This document shows positions 1 to 12,381 of a DNA stretch of 64,000 nucleotides, in pieces. Positions within the stretch are counted from its first letter, which is position 1. The number at the start of each line of letters is the position of its first letter. Made by a program: the position numbers and the translations under genes. A model generated the notes under the pieces. The model did not search any database, had not been told where the DNA came from, and saw nothing but the letters and a program-made list of their open reading frames with translations. This DNA is from Psilocybe cubensis (Eukaryota), in NCBI GenBank assembly GCA_017499595.2, contig CM038998.1, forward strand, positions 1,116,001 through 1,180,000. Direction: 5' to 3'.

Positions 1-981
1 ATGGAACTGCTTGCTGGCAAGCCAGAATACGTTGTAGAACATGTACGTGCATTCCGATTATAGCAAAATGTCTGATACAAAAACATTATTCTATAGCGTG
101 AAGCTGACTGTAAATTTACATTCAATTTTGCGGAGGTCTACTGGAACTCGCGTCTTCATACAGAACATAAGCGACTGGTCGATTCATTCAAACCGGAAGA
201 CATTGTAGCAGATGCATTCGCCGGAGTTGGACCATTTGCTGTCCCTGCAGCAAGGAAAGGTTGTGCCGTTCTTGCAAATGATCTGAATCCGAACAGCGCC
301 AAATACTTGGATAAAAACGTGAAAGATAACCGGGTAATTTACGTGTTATTGAATGTTATCACCGTTTGCTGACGTTCGTCGTCATTGTCAACAGGTTACC
401 GCCCTTGTGCGCGTTTCGTGTGAAGACGGTCGCGATTTCATCCGAAGAAGTGTCGCGTCAGCATATGACGATCCATTCCCAGCGTACACTGGACCGAAAA
501 AAAGCAGAGTACAGGAGGAACGAGAACGCAAAATATTGCAAAAACTGGCTGCTGAAGGACACCCTCCTCCTCCAGCAACACCAACACCTCAACCTCGCCA
601 AAAAATATCACATTTCGTGATGAATTTACCTGATTCTGCGCTCACGTTCTTGGACGCTTTCCGAGGATTATTAAATGATGATAAGGGTCGGAATTTGAGC
701 GGTGTGTACGACGAAATGCCAATGGTGCATTGCCATTGCTTTACTCGCGAGCTCGACCCAGTGTTGGCCGAGAAGGATATTCGGCAGGTACGTCGAGGAA
801 TGTCTGTTCCGTGTTCCGGGCCATCACTGATGCATTTGAAAATCAGCGAGCGGAAGAAAAACTGGGGTACCCCTTGCCTGCAGATACCATATTTCACCTT
901 GTTCGTTCTGTGGCCCCTAACAAAGAGATGTATTGTATTAGTTTCCGACTTCCTCGCGAAGTAGCGTTTGCTTGTAGCTGA
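1..981 (+). CDS. TRM5: tRNA (guanine37-N1)-methyltransferase, 3' part (gene starts upstream of window); 4 exons visible
   Basis: Spliced translation gives FNFAEVYWNSRLHTEH, the SAM motif DAFAGVGPFAVPAARKGCAVLANDLNP, HFVMNLP and HLVRSVAPNKEMYCISFRLP, all typical of Trm5/Met-10+. Confidence 0.93.
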
Positions 982-1257
982 ACGCTGGAATAAAATTTTC
1001 GTTCCGGAAGTGATATTCGGGATAATTACATAAGGGACAACTTTCGGCCGTTCATTCAGGGTTGGATAAGGACCCTAATCGGGCAAGCAGTAGCCGGCGT
1101 TAACCCCGCACAGGAAAAACTTTGCGAGCTGTCCGTTCAACGTTGTGTCCGCTCCTCTCTTTCTGCTCCACTCCCTCCATCCCTGCTGGCTCTCTAACGC
1201 CAGCCTAGATATACCCCTTCAAGTATTATATTATATCCTAGTGCCTCACCTCCAGCC

Positions 1258-4200
1258 ATGTCGCCCTGGACCCGCATACTTCCGACTGTCCACTGCGACT
1301 CGCCAGATGGCTCCTCTTCTATCACAAAGTCGGCTCTCCAGTCGGTGCGCACCGCGGTAGCTGTACCCGAGAGCGAGCTTAAGCGGTGGAGGCGTACTTT
1401 CGAGGCTAACGCGAAGGTTATCAATGGCGAAAAGTAAGTGGTAACATTCACTGTCACATGAACCTGACGGTGAGAGAGAGGCAATGGTTCTGGATTGCTG
1501 ACCTAGGCGTGTTCTTTTATTCCCATTTTTGTTAGGTTTTTGGACGCGGATGGATTCATCGACGCTATTGCACCTGCAGGGGATCTCTCAAAGATTGGTC
1601 GCGCACAGTTTGGCATTCTATTTCGCATCGCCGACACTTCCCGACGTGGCCTCATTTCCTGGGATGATTTCACGGTGTTCGAGACTCTCTTGAAGCGGCC
1701 CGATGCTGATTACTGGATGGCGTTCCAGTACTTCGATGTGTATGTCATCTTACTATCCAAATGTTCTACAAGTCAATGATGCCTCATAAAGTGATCATTC
1801 TGGGTATATCGACTATAATGAATTCAAGACTGTCTTTTCTGCCAACCTCGGACCGGACGCTATACCTTTTGATTTCGACTGGTGAGCCCATCCCTATGAT
1901 GTCGTTAATGGGCGCCAATTCACTCGGCTACACGACAGCGACTGGATCAAACTATACCTCGGGAAGAAGAATGGATCCCACGTGTTAGGATGTCCGTTTA
2001 CCCTTCCCTTATCATCCAAACTCCGATCATTTAAAGCAACCTTTAGATAATGAATTTACGCAGCTTATGAAGGGCTTGCAGGGCGAGCGGCTGCGCCAGG
2101 CCTTCAAATACCTAGATACCGACCAGGATGGATTTATTAGACCGGAGGAGTTCAAAAGAATCATTCTAGTATGTGGCTCATATCGCATACTTGTGCGCGT
2201 ACAGGTTCTAACAGGTCTGTCACAGGAAATTGCGGGACATAAACTATCAGATTCCGTTATAGATCGTCTGCCCACTCTTTGTACTTTGAGCCCTGGGCAG
2301 CGTATATCTTATTCAGAAGTCGTTGCATTTCATAATGTTATTAGAGGCACGTTGATCTTTCAGAGACACGTTAAATCATTATTGATAATTTTTATCGCCT
2401 TTTAGAAATGGATATGGTAGAACGGTATGATTCACCGCTATTGTTACCGATGATTTATATCAATCATTTTTCTTGGAAGAATAATTCGTGAAGCGACTGC
2501 GAAAAGCAAAGATGGACGGATTGACCAGGCAGACTTCCTCAACCATGCAGCGTCAAGCTCCCGCTACTCGTTGTTCACACCCATGGAGGCTTCTATTGTC
2601 TTCCATTTTGCCAGTCGCGGACTTGCCTCGCAACGCTTGGCCCTCATCGATTTTGGACAGTTACTGGACCCACGTTGGAGACCTCCTCATGAGGAACTTT
2701 TTGACGCGAAACCGGCAGTCAAGGTATCATTTCTCCAGAACTTCCTCCATTCATCGTACAACTTTGTCCAAGGAGGTCAGTAGATCTGATTTAGGGGAAC
2801 TTCTTCTTAACTAATAATTAAATAATATAGGTGTCGCTGGTGCCTTTGGAGCAACTATTGTTTACCCTATTGACATGGGTGAGTTTTGCTTTCATACGAA
2901 GGGGTATCAACATTTCAGGCTGATAATAATTTGTAGTCAAGGTGTGTTCCCTTTCTCATATTTATTAGTATAATTCAGGGCGGTGATACTCAATTGCAAT
3001 CGGACAGACAAGGTTCGTTATTCTTCATTCATCTCAGGTGTCCCTCACGATGCTCATCTGTGGATAGAATGCAAAACCAACGCTCTACGGTGGTTGGCCA
3101 GTTGCTATACAAGAACAGCATAGATTGCGCAAAGAAAATTTTTCGTAACGAGGGCTTTTTGGGCTTCTACCGTGGACTTGGCCCCCAACTTGTTGTATGT
3201 ATGGAAATCGGAAAACTTGGGCGTCTATTCACCAAATTTTAGGGCGTTGCTCCCGAGAAAGCTATTAAATTGACTGTCAATGACCTTGTCCGTTCTCGTG
3301 CCATGGATCCTGAAACGGGGCGCATTGCAGTCGGCTGGGAGCTCGTGGCAGGAGGATTGGCAGGAGGATCACAAGTGGTACGTCGAGTTCAGGTTTTAAG
3401 GTTTCCAAGTTTAGCGTTTGACATGTCGCACAGGTGTTCACTAACCCTTTGGAGATTGTGTACGGATCAAATAACAATGGCGTGAAATCACTCATTGACA
3501 TATTCTTCACAGCAAAATTCGCTTGCAAGTACAAGGCGAGGCTGCGAAAGTTGAAGGTGCCGTACCGAAGGGTGCTATTCACATCATTCGTCAACTGGGA
3601 ATACTCGGGTTATACAAAGGATCCACGGCGTGCTTGCTCCGTGACATTCCATTCTCTGCCATTTATTTCACCGCGTATTCGCATCTGAAGAAAGATGTTT
3701 TCCAAGAAGGATATAACGACAAACGTCTCTCGTTTTTGGAAACTCTCGCGGCTGCTGGTATAGCGTACGTCTTGGTATTTTCTGCTCTGCAACTGTATGC
3801 CAGATGTCTGATATCATTGTGATGCTGTCAGTGGCATGCCTGCGGCATATCTTACAACACCAGCAGGTGAGAATCTCCCGTTGCTTCCTTTACTGCCTCA
3901 TCCATGATCTCATCTATTCCTAATCCTTCCAGATGTCGTGAAGACGAGATTACAGGTTGAAGCACGAAAAGGTCAAACAAATTACTCAGGTCTTCGTGAT
4001 GCCTTCGTAAAGATCTGTGCGTGTCACCATTGTAGTCACAATCAAGTCCCGACACTGATCATGATTTTGTCTTCATTAGATCGTGAAGAAGGATTCCGTG
4101 CTCTATTCAAAGGAGGCCCCGCACGTGTAATCCGTAGCAGTCCTCAGTTCGGATTTACACTTCTCGGTAAGAATCCTTGTATTTTTGCCTTACGTGCATG

Positions 4201-4565
4201 GCACTGATGTGCTTTTTCTGCAGCCTATGAAACGTTGAAGGACGTTGTAAGTGGTCTATTTATACATAGCCTTTGGTCACAAATGATGAACATGCTTTAC
4301 TATTCGCCGCTTCTTAGCTACCCGTAAGTGCCGTGTGAGCTTGGCGGCGACTGCTCTTTTCTCACCGAACCTTTTACAGTATCCTTGGGCAGATAAGCCT
4401 ATCAAGGTGGAGACTGCACTTACCTCTCGCCCTGACGAAATGTCGAAAGTGCGGGCTAGAAATGCACTCAAAATTTTGTTGGATGTTCATGGGGACTTTG
4501 GACATCGGGCAGCTGCATTTGCCGGCAAGCCTCTGTCTCTATCCAATCCAAGGCTGTCCTCATGA
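1258..4565 (+). CDS. AGC1: Mitochondrial Ca2+-binding aspartate/glutamate carrier (aralar/citrin-like), multi-exon
   Basis: N-terminal EF hands ([26 protein letters not shown]); three carrier repeats [64 protein letters not shown]. Confidence 0.95.
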
Positions 4566-5115
4566 TGATTGGGTGATGGATGAGAGGGATCAATTGGAGA
4601 AATCTTTAGTACGCGTATATATTATTAGTAGGATTCAATATTCAGGATTTGTTTGTACCAATCGGAGTGTGATTGATATATGGCAGGGATTCGGTATGTA
4701 CAATCAATCACGACCGAGATCTCCTTGGATTTCCTCCGGATGGACCGTCCTTGTTGATGAGGAGCGTGATGAGCATGCCAATGGTTGCGATGTTGGGAGT
4801 GTGAGAGTGGTGACAGCCAGAGAGTGATCCCATTCAAATACCTCCTTGGCTTATTCCATCTCTTTCCACCCTCCTTCTCTTCGTTTCTCTTCCCCCTTTC
4901 TTTTTCTTTCGTTCTTTTTTTTGAACGCGGTACGTCTTTTTCTGTTATACTGGCTCTCTTGCGGTCCTTATTTATCCCTTCCCTAGTTGCTCGTAGCACC
5001 GTTTCGTACACCGCACCTGCAAGACAGTGTCAACGCCAGCGTAGATCGCTCTATAATCGCTACAACATCGTATTCTTTTTTTGCATCTTTGCAGCCCACT
5101 TTCTTTTAAGTCATC

Positions 5116-6833
5116 ATGAAATCGATTGCCTTTGGTCTTTCTCTTGTGAGCGCCGCTGTGGCTCAAATCAGCGTGGTGGGGATTTCCATGGTCTCTGTCG
5201 ACCCCTCGGCTACCGCTTCGGTCGCTGCGTCCAGCTCTTCCGCAGGAGCCTCGGATTCCATCATCACACCAACACCCACCCCTGCTGGAGGGTATGGCGG
5301 AGGGTATGGAGGAGCAGAGCCGTCCATTCAGACGCAGGCTCCCCAGAGTTCGATTGATTTCTACCAGTACATGCCCTATTCTTCCTACCAGAACGGTGGA
5401 TACAAAACTCTCCAGTGTGGTTACGGATACTCGAAGCAGTCGGATGGGTCCTGCAAAAGGCTGTCTTGGGTACGTCCTTACCAATTTTGAGGGTTCAATT
5501 TAAATGCCGAGACTTTTTCTTTTCAGTACACGGATGTCGAATCGTGCTATGCTACCACAATTATTAACATTGAGAACAAGTGAGATTTTGCGGTGTTTAT
5601 GCATCACTTTTTTGCTTACTTGCTTCTTCTTTTCAGCAACTGTGGAGGCTACGGTTATGGCTACAACGGTGGATATAACTACAACAGCGTCCAGACGGTC
5701 ACTGTGACCTCTACGTCTGTATCGACGACGACCTGCACAGAAACTGCCACGAAGACTGAGCTCTCTACCCAACTTGTGCCTACCACCGTTACGATGCACG
5801 AGACTGTTTTCCAGACCATGACCGACGTCCAAAGTGTTACTCAAACCCAAGTCGTTACCTCTGTGGAAGTTGTGCCAACTACCCGAGTCTGGATTTCGAC
5901 TGAGATCGTCGATAAGACCCACGTCATTGAGCACACCATGACTGCAACAGAGACTATGACACAGACCAACATTTACACTCAGACTGCGACCCAGACCGAC
6001 ACTGCTACGGAGACCGTCAAGGAGACAATGACCGACTTTGTCACCCGCACTCAACTTAGCACGATCATCCAGCCCACTACGTACACCAAGGTTTGGGTCT
6101 CGACACAGGTCATCGATAACGTGAGTAATGGTAAAATCTCTATGGAACTTCCACTTAATTTCACGGTGAAATATAGACGAAGACAATCGAGAAAACTATG
6201 ACCGACACCGTTACTTCGGCCGTCACCTCTATACAAACTGCCACCTTGACAGAGACCATGACTGACAGTGTAACGGTCACTCAAGTCAGTACCTACGTAC
6301 AGCCCACCACCGTCACATCAGTGTGGAAGGAGACCAAGACCATTGACAACGTACGTTTCAGCCTCATCAGAAATGTCACGATGAAGAACTGATAATATAA
6401 TCACCCATTTAGACCCAAACAGTTGTGAACACCATCACATCTACTCAGGTTATGGATAGAACTTACACAACTACCTGGGTATCGACAGCCACCGCTACCG
6501 CCACTGCGACTACAACTGAGATCAAGAAGGTATTGGAAACTGGTCTTTCAGAGTGCCTTGGCAAGGTAGGTTTTCTTTCTTCTTAGGGATTTCTGAACAC
6601 CCAGCCGATTAAAATCTTGTGATACTTTGCAGTGCAAGTCGCAATACTGGTTGACGACAGGAAACAGCAACCAATGGAACACCTACGCCAGCCCCCCTGC
6701 CGCGACCACCACTGCTGCCAGCTACGGTGGGTCCTCGGGATCATATGGCTCAAGCGGCTCGTCGTCTGGCGGCTATGGAGGATCATATGGCTCAAGTGGC
6801 TCGTCGTCTGGCGGCTATGGAGGATCATACTAA
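5116..6833 (+). CDS. Secreted Thr/Val-rich repeat protein with Gly/Tyr/Ser-rich ends (cell wall/matrix-like, unknown family), ~6 exons
   Basis: Signal peptide MKSIAFGLSLVSAAVA; small Cys module (CGYGYSKQSDGSC...C...C); three internal Thr-rich repeats; GSYGSSGSSSGGYG tail; canonical introns join the ORFs 5116, 5593, 6198, 6627. Confidence 0.85.
6738..6830 (+). repeat. 42-bp coding tandem repeat (2 copies plus partial) encoding GSYGSSGSSSGGYG
   Basis: ggatcatatggctcaag(c/t)ggctcgtcgtctggcggctatgga repeated at 6738 and 6780, partial copy at 6822. Confidence 0.95.
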
Positions 6834-7335
6834 AGCTTTAAGTCAAAAAGATTCTCCTTAACAGGTCTCTGTTTCCGCAGCTTACACTGCCGTCATGTCA
6901 TAACGTCACTCATCGTAGAGTTTTTTCCGTTCTGGCCGTACTGATACACAAACCACGGACCCTCACCCCGCATTAACATAAAGCTTGCTCACAACGGACT
7001 ATTATATATACCTTCGATTTCTTTCGAGCTGCTATCAATATTTGGTGCTTAATACGTTTTTCAATGCGTAGTTATTTTTTCTTTGTTGACAGGTGTTCAC
7101 TTGCCCCAAACGGTTCTTCTTTCGACGTATTTATCCCTTTTTCTTCTTACCCTCTACTACTGTCTTTCGCTTTCTCTGGTCCAGGTCTACTAGGTTAGCG
7201 TTGCAATGAAATGCATTGAAAAGCGCTATATAAATGATGGAAAGATTTACTCATTCGAAAGAAAGATGACGTCATTAGCAGCATCAGTTGAATGCTCTTC
7301 AGATCGATACTCTTTGCCATTCAACACCCTTGATC

Positions 7336-7985
7336 ATGCCTCTATACATCGCAGATGGATCGATTGACCCTCTCTCTCTCCTATCTGTACCGGAGAAGTT
7401 TGTGATCTTTTACTCTTCCATTGTAGATGGACAGATGTGGTGTCCAGTGTGTCCTAGACTGTCGTTTGAGCTGATTCGGGATCTGATTTCTGTTGATCAG
7501 GATTGTCGAGAAATTGACCAGCTTGTACAGAACACGTTTTCCGAAGGCGGCCCAGCAGCTCTAATTGTCTACGTCGGCGATAGAGGACAGTGAGTTACTC
7601 ATCTTTGCAACTCCTCGAATCGCCAGGGGACCTTTACTCGAGCGAAAACCATTGCAACCATCATTTTCTCATGTTTTCTCTATTTTTTCCTTTGTTCTGT
7701 CTGTTTCCTCCTTAGATGGAAAACGGCGTCTAATGTGTACCGCCAAGAACCATGGAAGATCACGAGCGTACCGACAATCGTGCGCTTGAAAGACGTGCGT
7801 CCAATCTTTCTTTTCTCTGTAGAATGTTGTTGCCGGCGTGCCCTACTTTCGGGCAGTGCCTGAGGTACCTTGTGATTCTGTGAACCGCTAACCTGGTTCT
7901 GTGTTTTTAGGGAAAGGAAGAGGCGAGGCTCGAGGATCCTGGTCCCATTCAGCAGGGAATCGCAGCTTTTGTCAAGCCACAATAA
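7336..7985 (+). CDS. Thioredoxin-related protein TRP14/TXNDC17 (DUF953)-like, 4 exons
   Basis: Spliced WCP|DC active-site motif; IVYVGDRGQ|WKTASNVYRQEPWKITSVPTIVR pattern typical of TRP14. Confidence 0.88.
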
Positions 7986-8829
7986 ATATTACCGCATCAA
8001 TAAAAGCCAATTTTTGCATCGAAGTACTCTGAATTCAGTATTGTTTTTTTTTTTTGCCTCGTCGGTGATTGTACTATAGTGCTCAGGCGATTTGCACGTT
8101 CTTCCAAGATTTTTTCGCCAATTTAAAGTGCCATCTTCATATTAAAAAGCAGCTAAGCGCATGCCCCGAGGAACTGGAACTTAAACATATTGCCATGGAA
8201 GCGGCAAAATGTGAAGGCTTATTTGTCGATCGGGGATCCTCACTACGTTTCAATGGGTACTTACAGGCAGCCAATGTTGGCCACAAGTAAACTCTGAATT
8301 CTACGGATCGATGTCCAGGTCAGTTTCGGTAGACTTCACCGTCCGCGTTCAATCCATCGACTGGGTCGTTCTAATTAATCCTCATATCAATAATCAAGAC
8401 AGCCAACTGTGCAGCGGGTAGGGGGTGGCAGCAAATACGCATCAATACCCTCGGCGATACATATTATGCGTCCGGTACCCAACACAACACTCGGTCCTTA
8501 GTCCGTATGCATGCACATTGTCAGCATGCATTGTGTGTTCAAATCTCGAAACCATCGTAACGATGAATGTTTCACTTACGGGTTTAAATAAGCTTAGAGA
8601 GCTTAGATTTACTTTCAATACCAGAGTCACCCTTGCGCTATCCAGAATCAGAGATACTGATATTAGAACTAATATAATTCTGATTAGTCGGGAACAACTC
8701 AAAAATAGTACGGTATCACAATTCGCCTAGGGCCCCACAGTTGCGTTTCCAAACATCATCGGGTCTTGTTTCACGGATACGTTTAGACGGATGGTAGTAG
8801 ATGGTAGTAACACAAACTTTTAGATGGTG

Positions 8830-9533
8830 TCAAGTATCGCATAGCATTGTATCAATCTCTGGCCTGCTGAAATCACCACTTCGTCCGCCAGCTTTGTGAG
8901 TGACCATAATTTCACCGATAATCATTTCCTGCCCAGCCACAGCTTTCAGCATGTCCCAGACTGTCAACAGGCCTACAGACACAGATGTCAATGCCTCCAT
9001 TTCGACTCCAGTCTTGCCCTCGCATGCAACGGTCGCAGTACATAGAATGCTATACGTTACATCTTCGCCACTTCCTGATTTTCTTGTTGTAGTCTCTGGC
9101 TGTAGAACAACGCCAATTTTTGAAAGTGCGAGAGGATGGCAAAGCGGTATCAAAGATGAAGTTTGTTTTGCCCCCATAATCGCAGCCAGCTGGGCAACCG
9201 TTAGCACGTCACCCTTGTGCCTCGCTTTGGCGACGGCTCTAGATTCTGCGGATGAGGACGAAGAATCTTCCGTTGGGTAGGAGGCTGTGACTAATTCATA
9301 TGCCAGTTTCGTTATGTATATTCGACCAGAAGCTGTCGCAGTGCGCTTCGTGGGCTGTTTCTCGCCAACATCAACCATAGATGCACGACCACGTTCGTCG
9401 ATGTGGGTTAGTGATGGCGATGGTGATGATGAGGTGCTATAAACACGTAAACCTGACTTCTGGTGTCTGTGCACTGAACCTGAAGGTGAATGAACTAAAT
9501 GTAATGTTGGGTACATTGATTTCTTGAGGCGGC
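8830..9533 (-). CDS. MOCS1: Cyclic pyranopterin monophosphate synthase (MoaC/MOCS1B) domain, in frame behind the MoaA stop
   Basis: LTHIDERGRASMVDVGEK, KGDVLTVAQLAAIMGAKQTSSLIPLCHPL, GKTGVEMEALT, TVWDMLKAV, KAGGRSG are MoaC signatures. Confidence 0.95.
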
Positions 9534-9615
9534 CTGGTGATAGAAAGTGAATAAGAGTGTGCACATAGTGGAAATATGTAAGGCAATACACACATTGTTC
9601 ATGAAAGAAGAACAC

Positions 9616-11086
9616 TCAACCACCAATAAGTATCATCGGACGATTTGTGATGACATCAATGTCTTCCATGCCTGCGTGTTTTTCTTTCTTCCCAGACACT
9701 GAGCGTCCGATAGTTTCCAGAAGCTCTTGATCGGACGCTCCCGTGCGAAGTTTATCGCGGAGGGAGACTTCTGTCGCGTCGAATAGGCAAACCTACATTT
9801 ATGAGTACAAAACTTCGACACAAAACAAAAGAACGTACTTTTATTTGGCCATCCGCAGTTAGACGCAGACGATTGCAGGAACTGCAAAAATGATCTGACA
9901 TGCTTGAAATAAACCCAAAATGCCCTTTGTGGCCTGGTATCGACCATGACCTTGCCGTGTCGTTGAGTTCGTCTGGTGCGCGTTCCACATTCGGGTGCTT
10001 AGCCCGTATACGTTCCAACAATTCAGACGAAGGGACCATCTTCTTTTTGTCCCATTTATTGCCTGGAAACAGCTTGAACATCTCAGTTTCCGAAGGATCA
10101 AGAAAGGCGAACCTGTAAACGGCATAAATTCGATGAACCGCACTGAGATATTCTCAGTTTTTGTCATTTCTACGAAGTCAAGGACCTCTGAGTCGTTCAA
10201 ATCTTTGATGACCACGACATTAATCTTCACAGATGCGAGAGGGGATTCAAGAGCTACTTTGAGAGCTTTTAGAACCGCATCATGACCTCTTCGCCGAGTG
10301 ATGAGCTCAAATTTGAATGGATCTAAAGTATCGAGACTACAGTCCATCGGGGTAAGTTCCTGTGCCCATAGAGTATGAATCAAAAAGCAAACCTCAGGTT
10401 AAGATGACTCAGGCCATTTTCAACTAACTGGGGCAGGTGACGATGGAGAGCAAGGCCATTTGAAGTCATTCCAATGGATTTCAAGCCATATTTTCGCAAT
10501 GAATTCAAGTCACCTGCATTATTGTTCAATTTACAGCGGTTTGCCGAATACCAGATACACGCACCGATAATCTCTGCTATCCCTTTACGAATGGTTGGCT
10601 CTCCGCCGGTAAGCCTGATCTTAGTAACACCACTTTTGACAAAAAGTGTAGCCAGACGTATGATTTCTGCGTTGGTCAACAGTTTGCCATCAGGAGAGAG
10701 TTCTATGCCTTCGCTTGGCATGCAATAAAAGCCTGAAAAAGGTCGGTAACCTTTAAAAGCATAGAAGTAGTAGGAGTGACAAACATCGTAGGTTGCACCT
10801 CTCTGTCAGAGATATTCTCAGATAGTTATGCTGGCGATTGAATGTGTCTATCAAGTGCTTGTTTACAGGTGAAGCAAAGTCGATCTCGCGGATTCTGGCC
10901 TGGGCCACCGGATGAATGTGAGCAAAATTTGATCCTCGCAGTCAAAATGGTTTACCGCACCTGAGCACGACGCTGCAAGTTCAACGAAGTTGATGGCAAC
11001 TCAACTTGAGTTGCGATGCCTCTGGCCATCGAAAGAGGAAGCTTTGTCCATAAATTCGGAGTGATTTTGGTCGCAGGAAAAGTCAT
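9616..11086 (-). CDS. MOCS1: GTP 3',8-cyclase (MoaA/MOCS1A, radical SAM) with N-terminal mitochondrial presequence-like segment
   Basis: [19 protein letters not shown] (CxxxCxxC), [37 protein letters not shown], ends [12 protein letters not shown] (9618-9616); start [26 protein letters not shown]. Confidence 0.95.
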
Positions 11087-11370
11087 TGTTCAGCAAGAGA
11101 TATGATTTCATGGATTTATAAGAAACTGGACGCCATAAACTCCTATGATAACGGATATACGGTGATGGTCGGTGAGATGACTCCCAAAACACACTTGGTC
11201 GAACTTCGGTTAGTCTGAACCAGCAACTGAACAGCGGTCCGGTGCTGCCAGTCGCGTGACGGCTGTTACAGAAACGACGCGTCACCTCAATAGCATTGGC
11301 GGGCAAGACGCGTAATTCTCTACCACTTTCACTTTCTTCAGACCATTATTTCCCTTACGCATATTTCAAC
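11087..11370. promoter_or_regulatory. Short (~285 bp) divergent intergenic region shared by MOCS1 and PUP3; likely bidirectional promoter
   Basis: Head-to-head start codons at 11086 (-) and 11371 (+); contains CGCGTGAC/GACGCGTCAC-type elements (function inferred). Confidence 0.5.
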
Positions 11371-12215
11371 ATGGTGAGTATCCTAATGCTACTACCCTCA
11401 ACCGTTGTTGACTCTTTCTATAGTCGATCATGGATAACAACGGTGGCTCCGTGATAGCCATGGTAGGAAAGGACTGCGTAGCCATCGCCTCAGATTTGCG
11501 ATTGGGAAATCAAGCTCTCGGAATCTCGTCAAACTTTCAAAGGGTAAGCAAATGAATATATAAAACTGGTTTACTATAGAATAACATACTGTTTAGATAT
11601 TCCCTGTGACAGATCGAATCTTCCTTGGTCTTCCCGGTCTTGCAACAGATGTTGCAACAGTGTAAGGCGCTTTCAATTACCATGCCTTGAAATACCCATA
11701 CTAAAAGAAATTTGAAAATATAGGCATGAACGTCTACGTTACAGGCTCAATATGTATACAATTAAAGAAGAACGCGAAATCGAACCAGAAACTTTTGCCC
11801 ATCTGGTATCTTCAACCCTATATGAACATCGTTTTGGGCCCTATTTTGTCGAGCCCGTTATGGCCGGTATTTCGAAGACACCATCAGGCGGCGTGAAACC
11901 CTTCATTGCGGCGACTGATCTTATTGGATGTCTAAACTTTGCGAAGGACTTTGTCGTTGCAGGAACCGCGAGTTCGAAGCTGTACGGTGTGGCTGAAGGT
12001 CTCTGGGAGCCAGATTTGGAACCTGAGGATTTGTTCGAGACGATCTCGCAGACATTAATGAATGCCGTCGACCGTGATGCATTCTCCGGTTGGGGTTGCG
12101 TTGTGCATGTAATGTCAGTATGTCCACCCAATTTCATCTACAGTTACTAATTTCCGCCTTCTGCAGAACGAAAGACAGAGTAGTCACGCGTACGCTGAAA
12201 GGAAGGATGGATTAA
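11371..12215 (+). CDS. PUP3: 20S proteasome subunit beta-3
   Basis: M|SIMDNNGGSVIAMVGKDCVAIASDLRLG, LPGLATDV, RFGPYFVEPV, NAVDRDAFSGWG, RTLKGRMD*; first exon is ATG only. Confidence 0.96.
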
Positions 12216-12381
12216 CTTCGCTATGCTTCTCTCGTCCGTTACCTACTGTTGTTATTGACTTCAAATTGTATATCCTTTCGTCCTCTTTGCTCAGAAGGGC
12301 AAGCCATTCTCACGCTTGCCACCTCTGGTTGGTACCCAGTTCCTTCGGCTTCAGCAGCCATTTCATAGTAATGGGTATGCA

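Noticed and set aside
4785-5115. Hydrophobic Phe-rich ORF start upstream of the Thr-rich gene
   Set aside because: Results from a pyrimidine-rich promoter/5' UTR tract, not a credible membrane protein
9616-9618. In-frame TGA between MoaA and MoaC as a sequencing error, pseudogene lesion or selenocysteine codon
   Set aside because: It falls exactly after the conserved terminal GG required by MoaA, at no catalytic Cys position, and is bracketed by plausible splice sites
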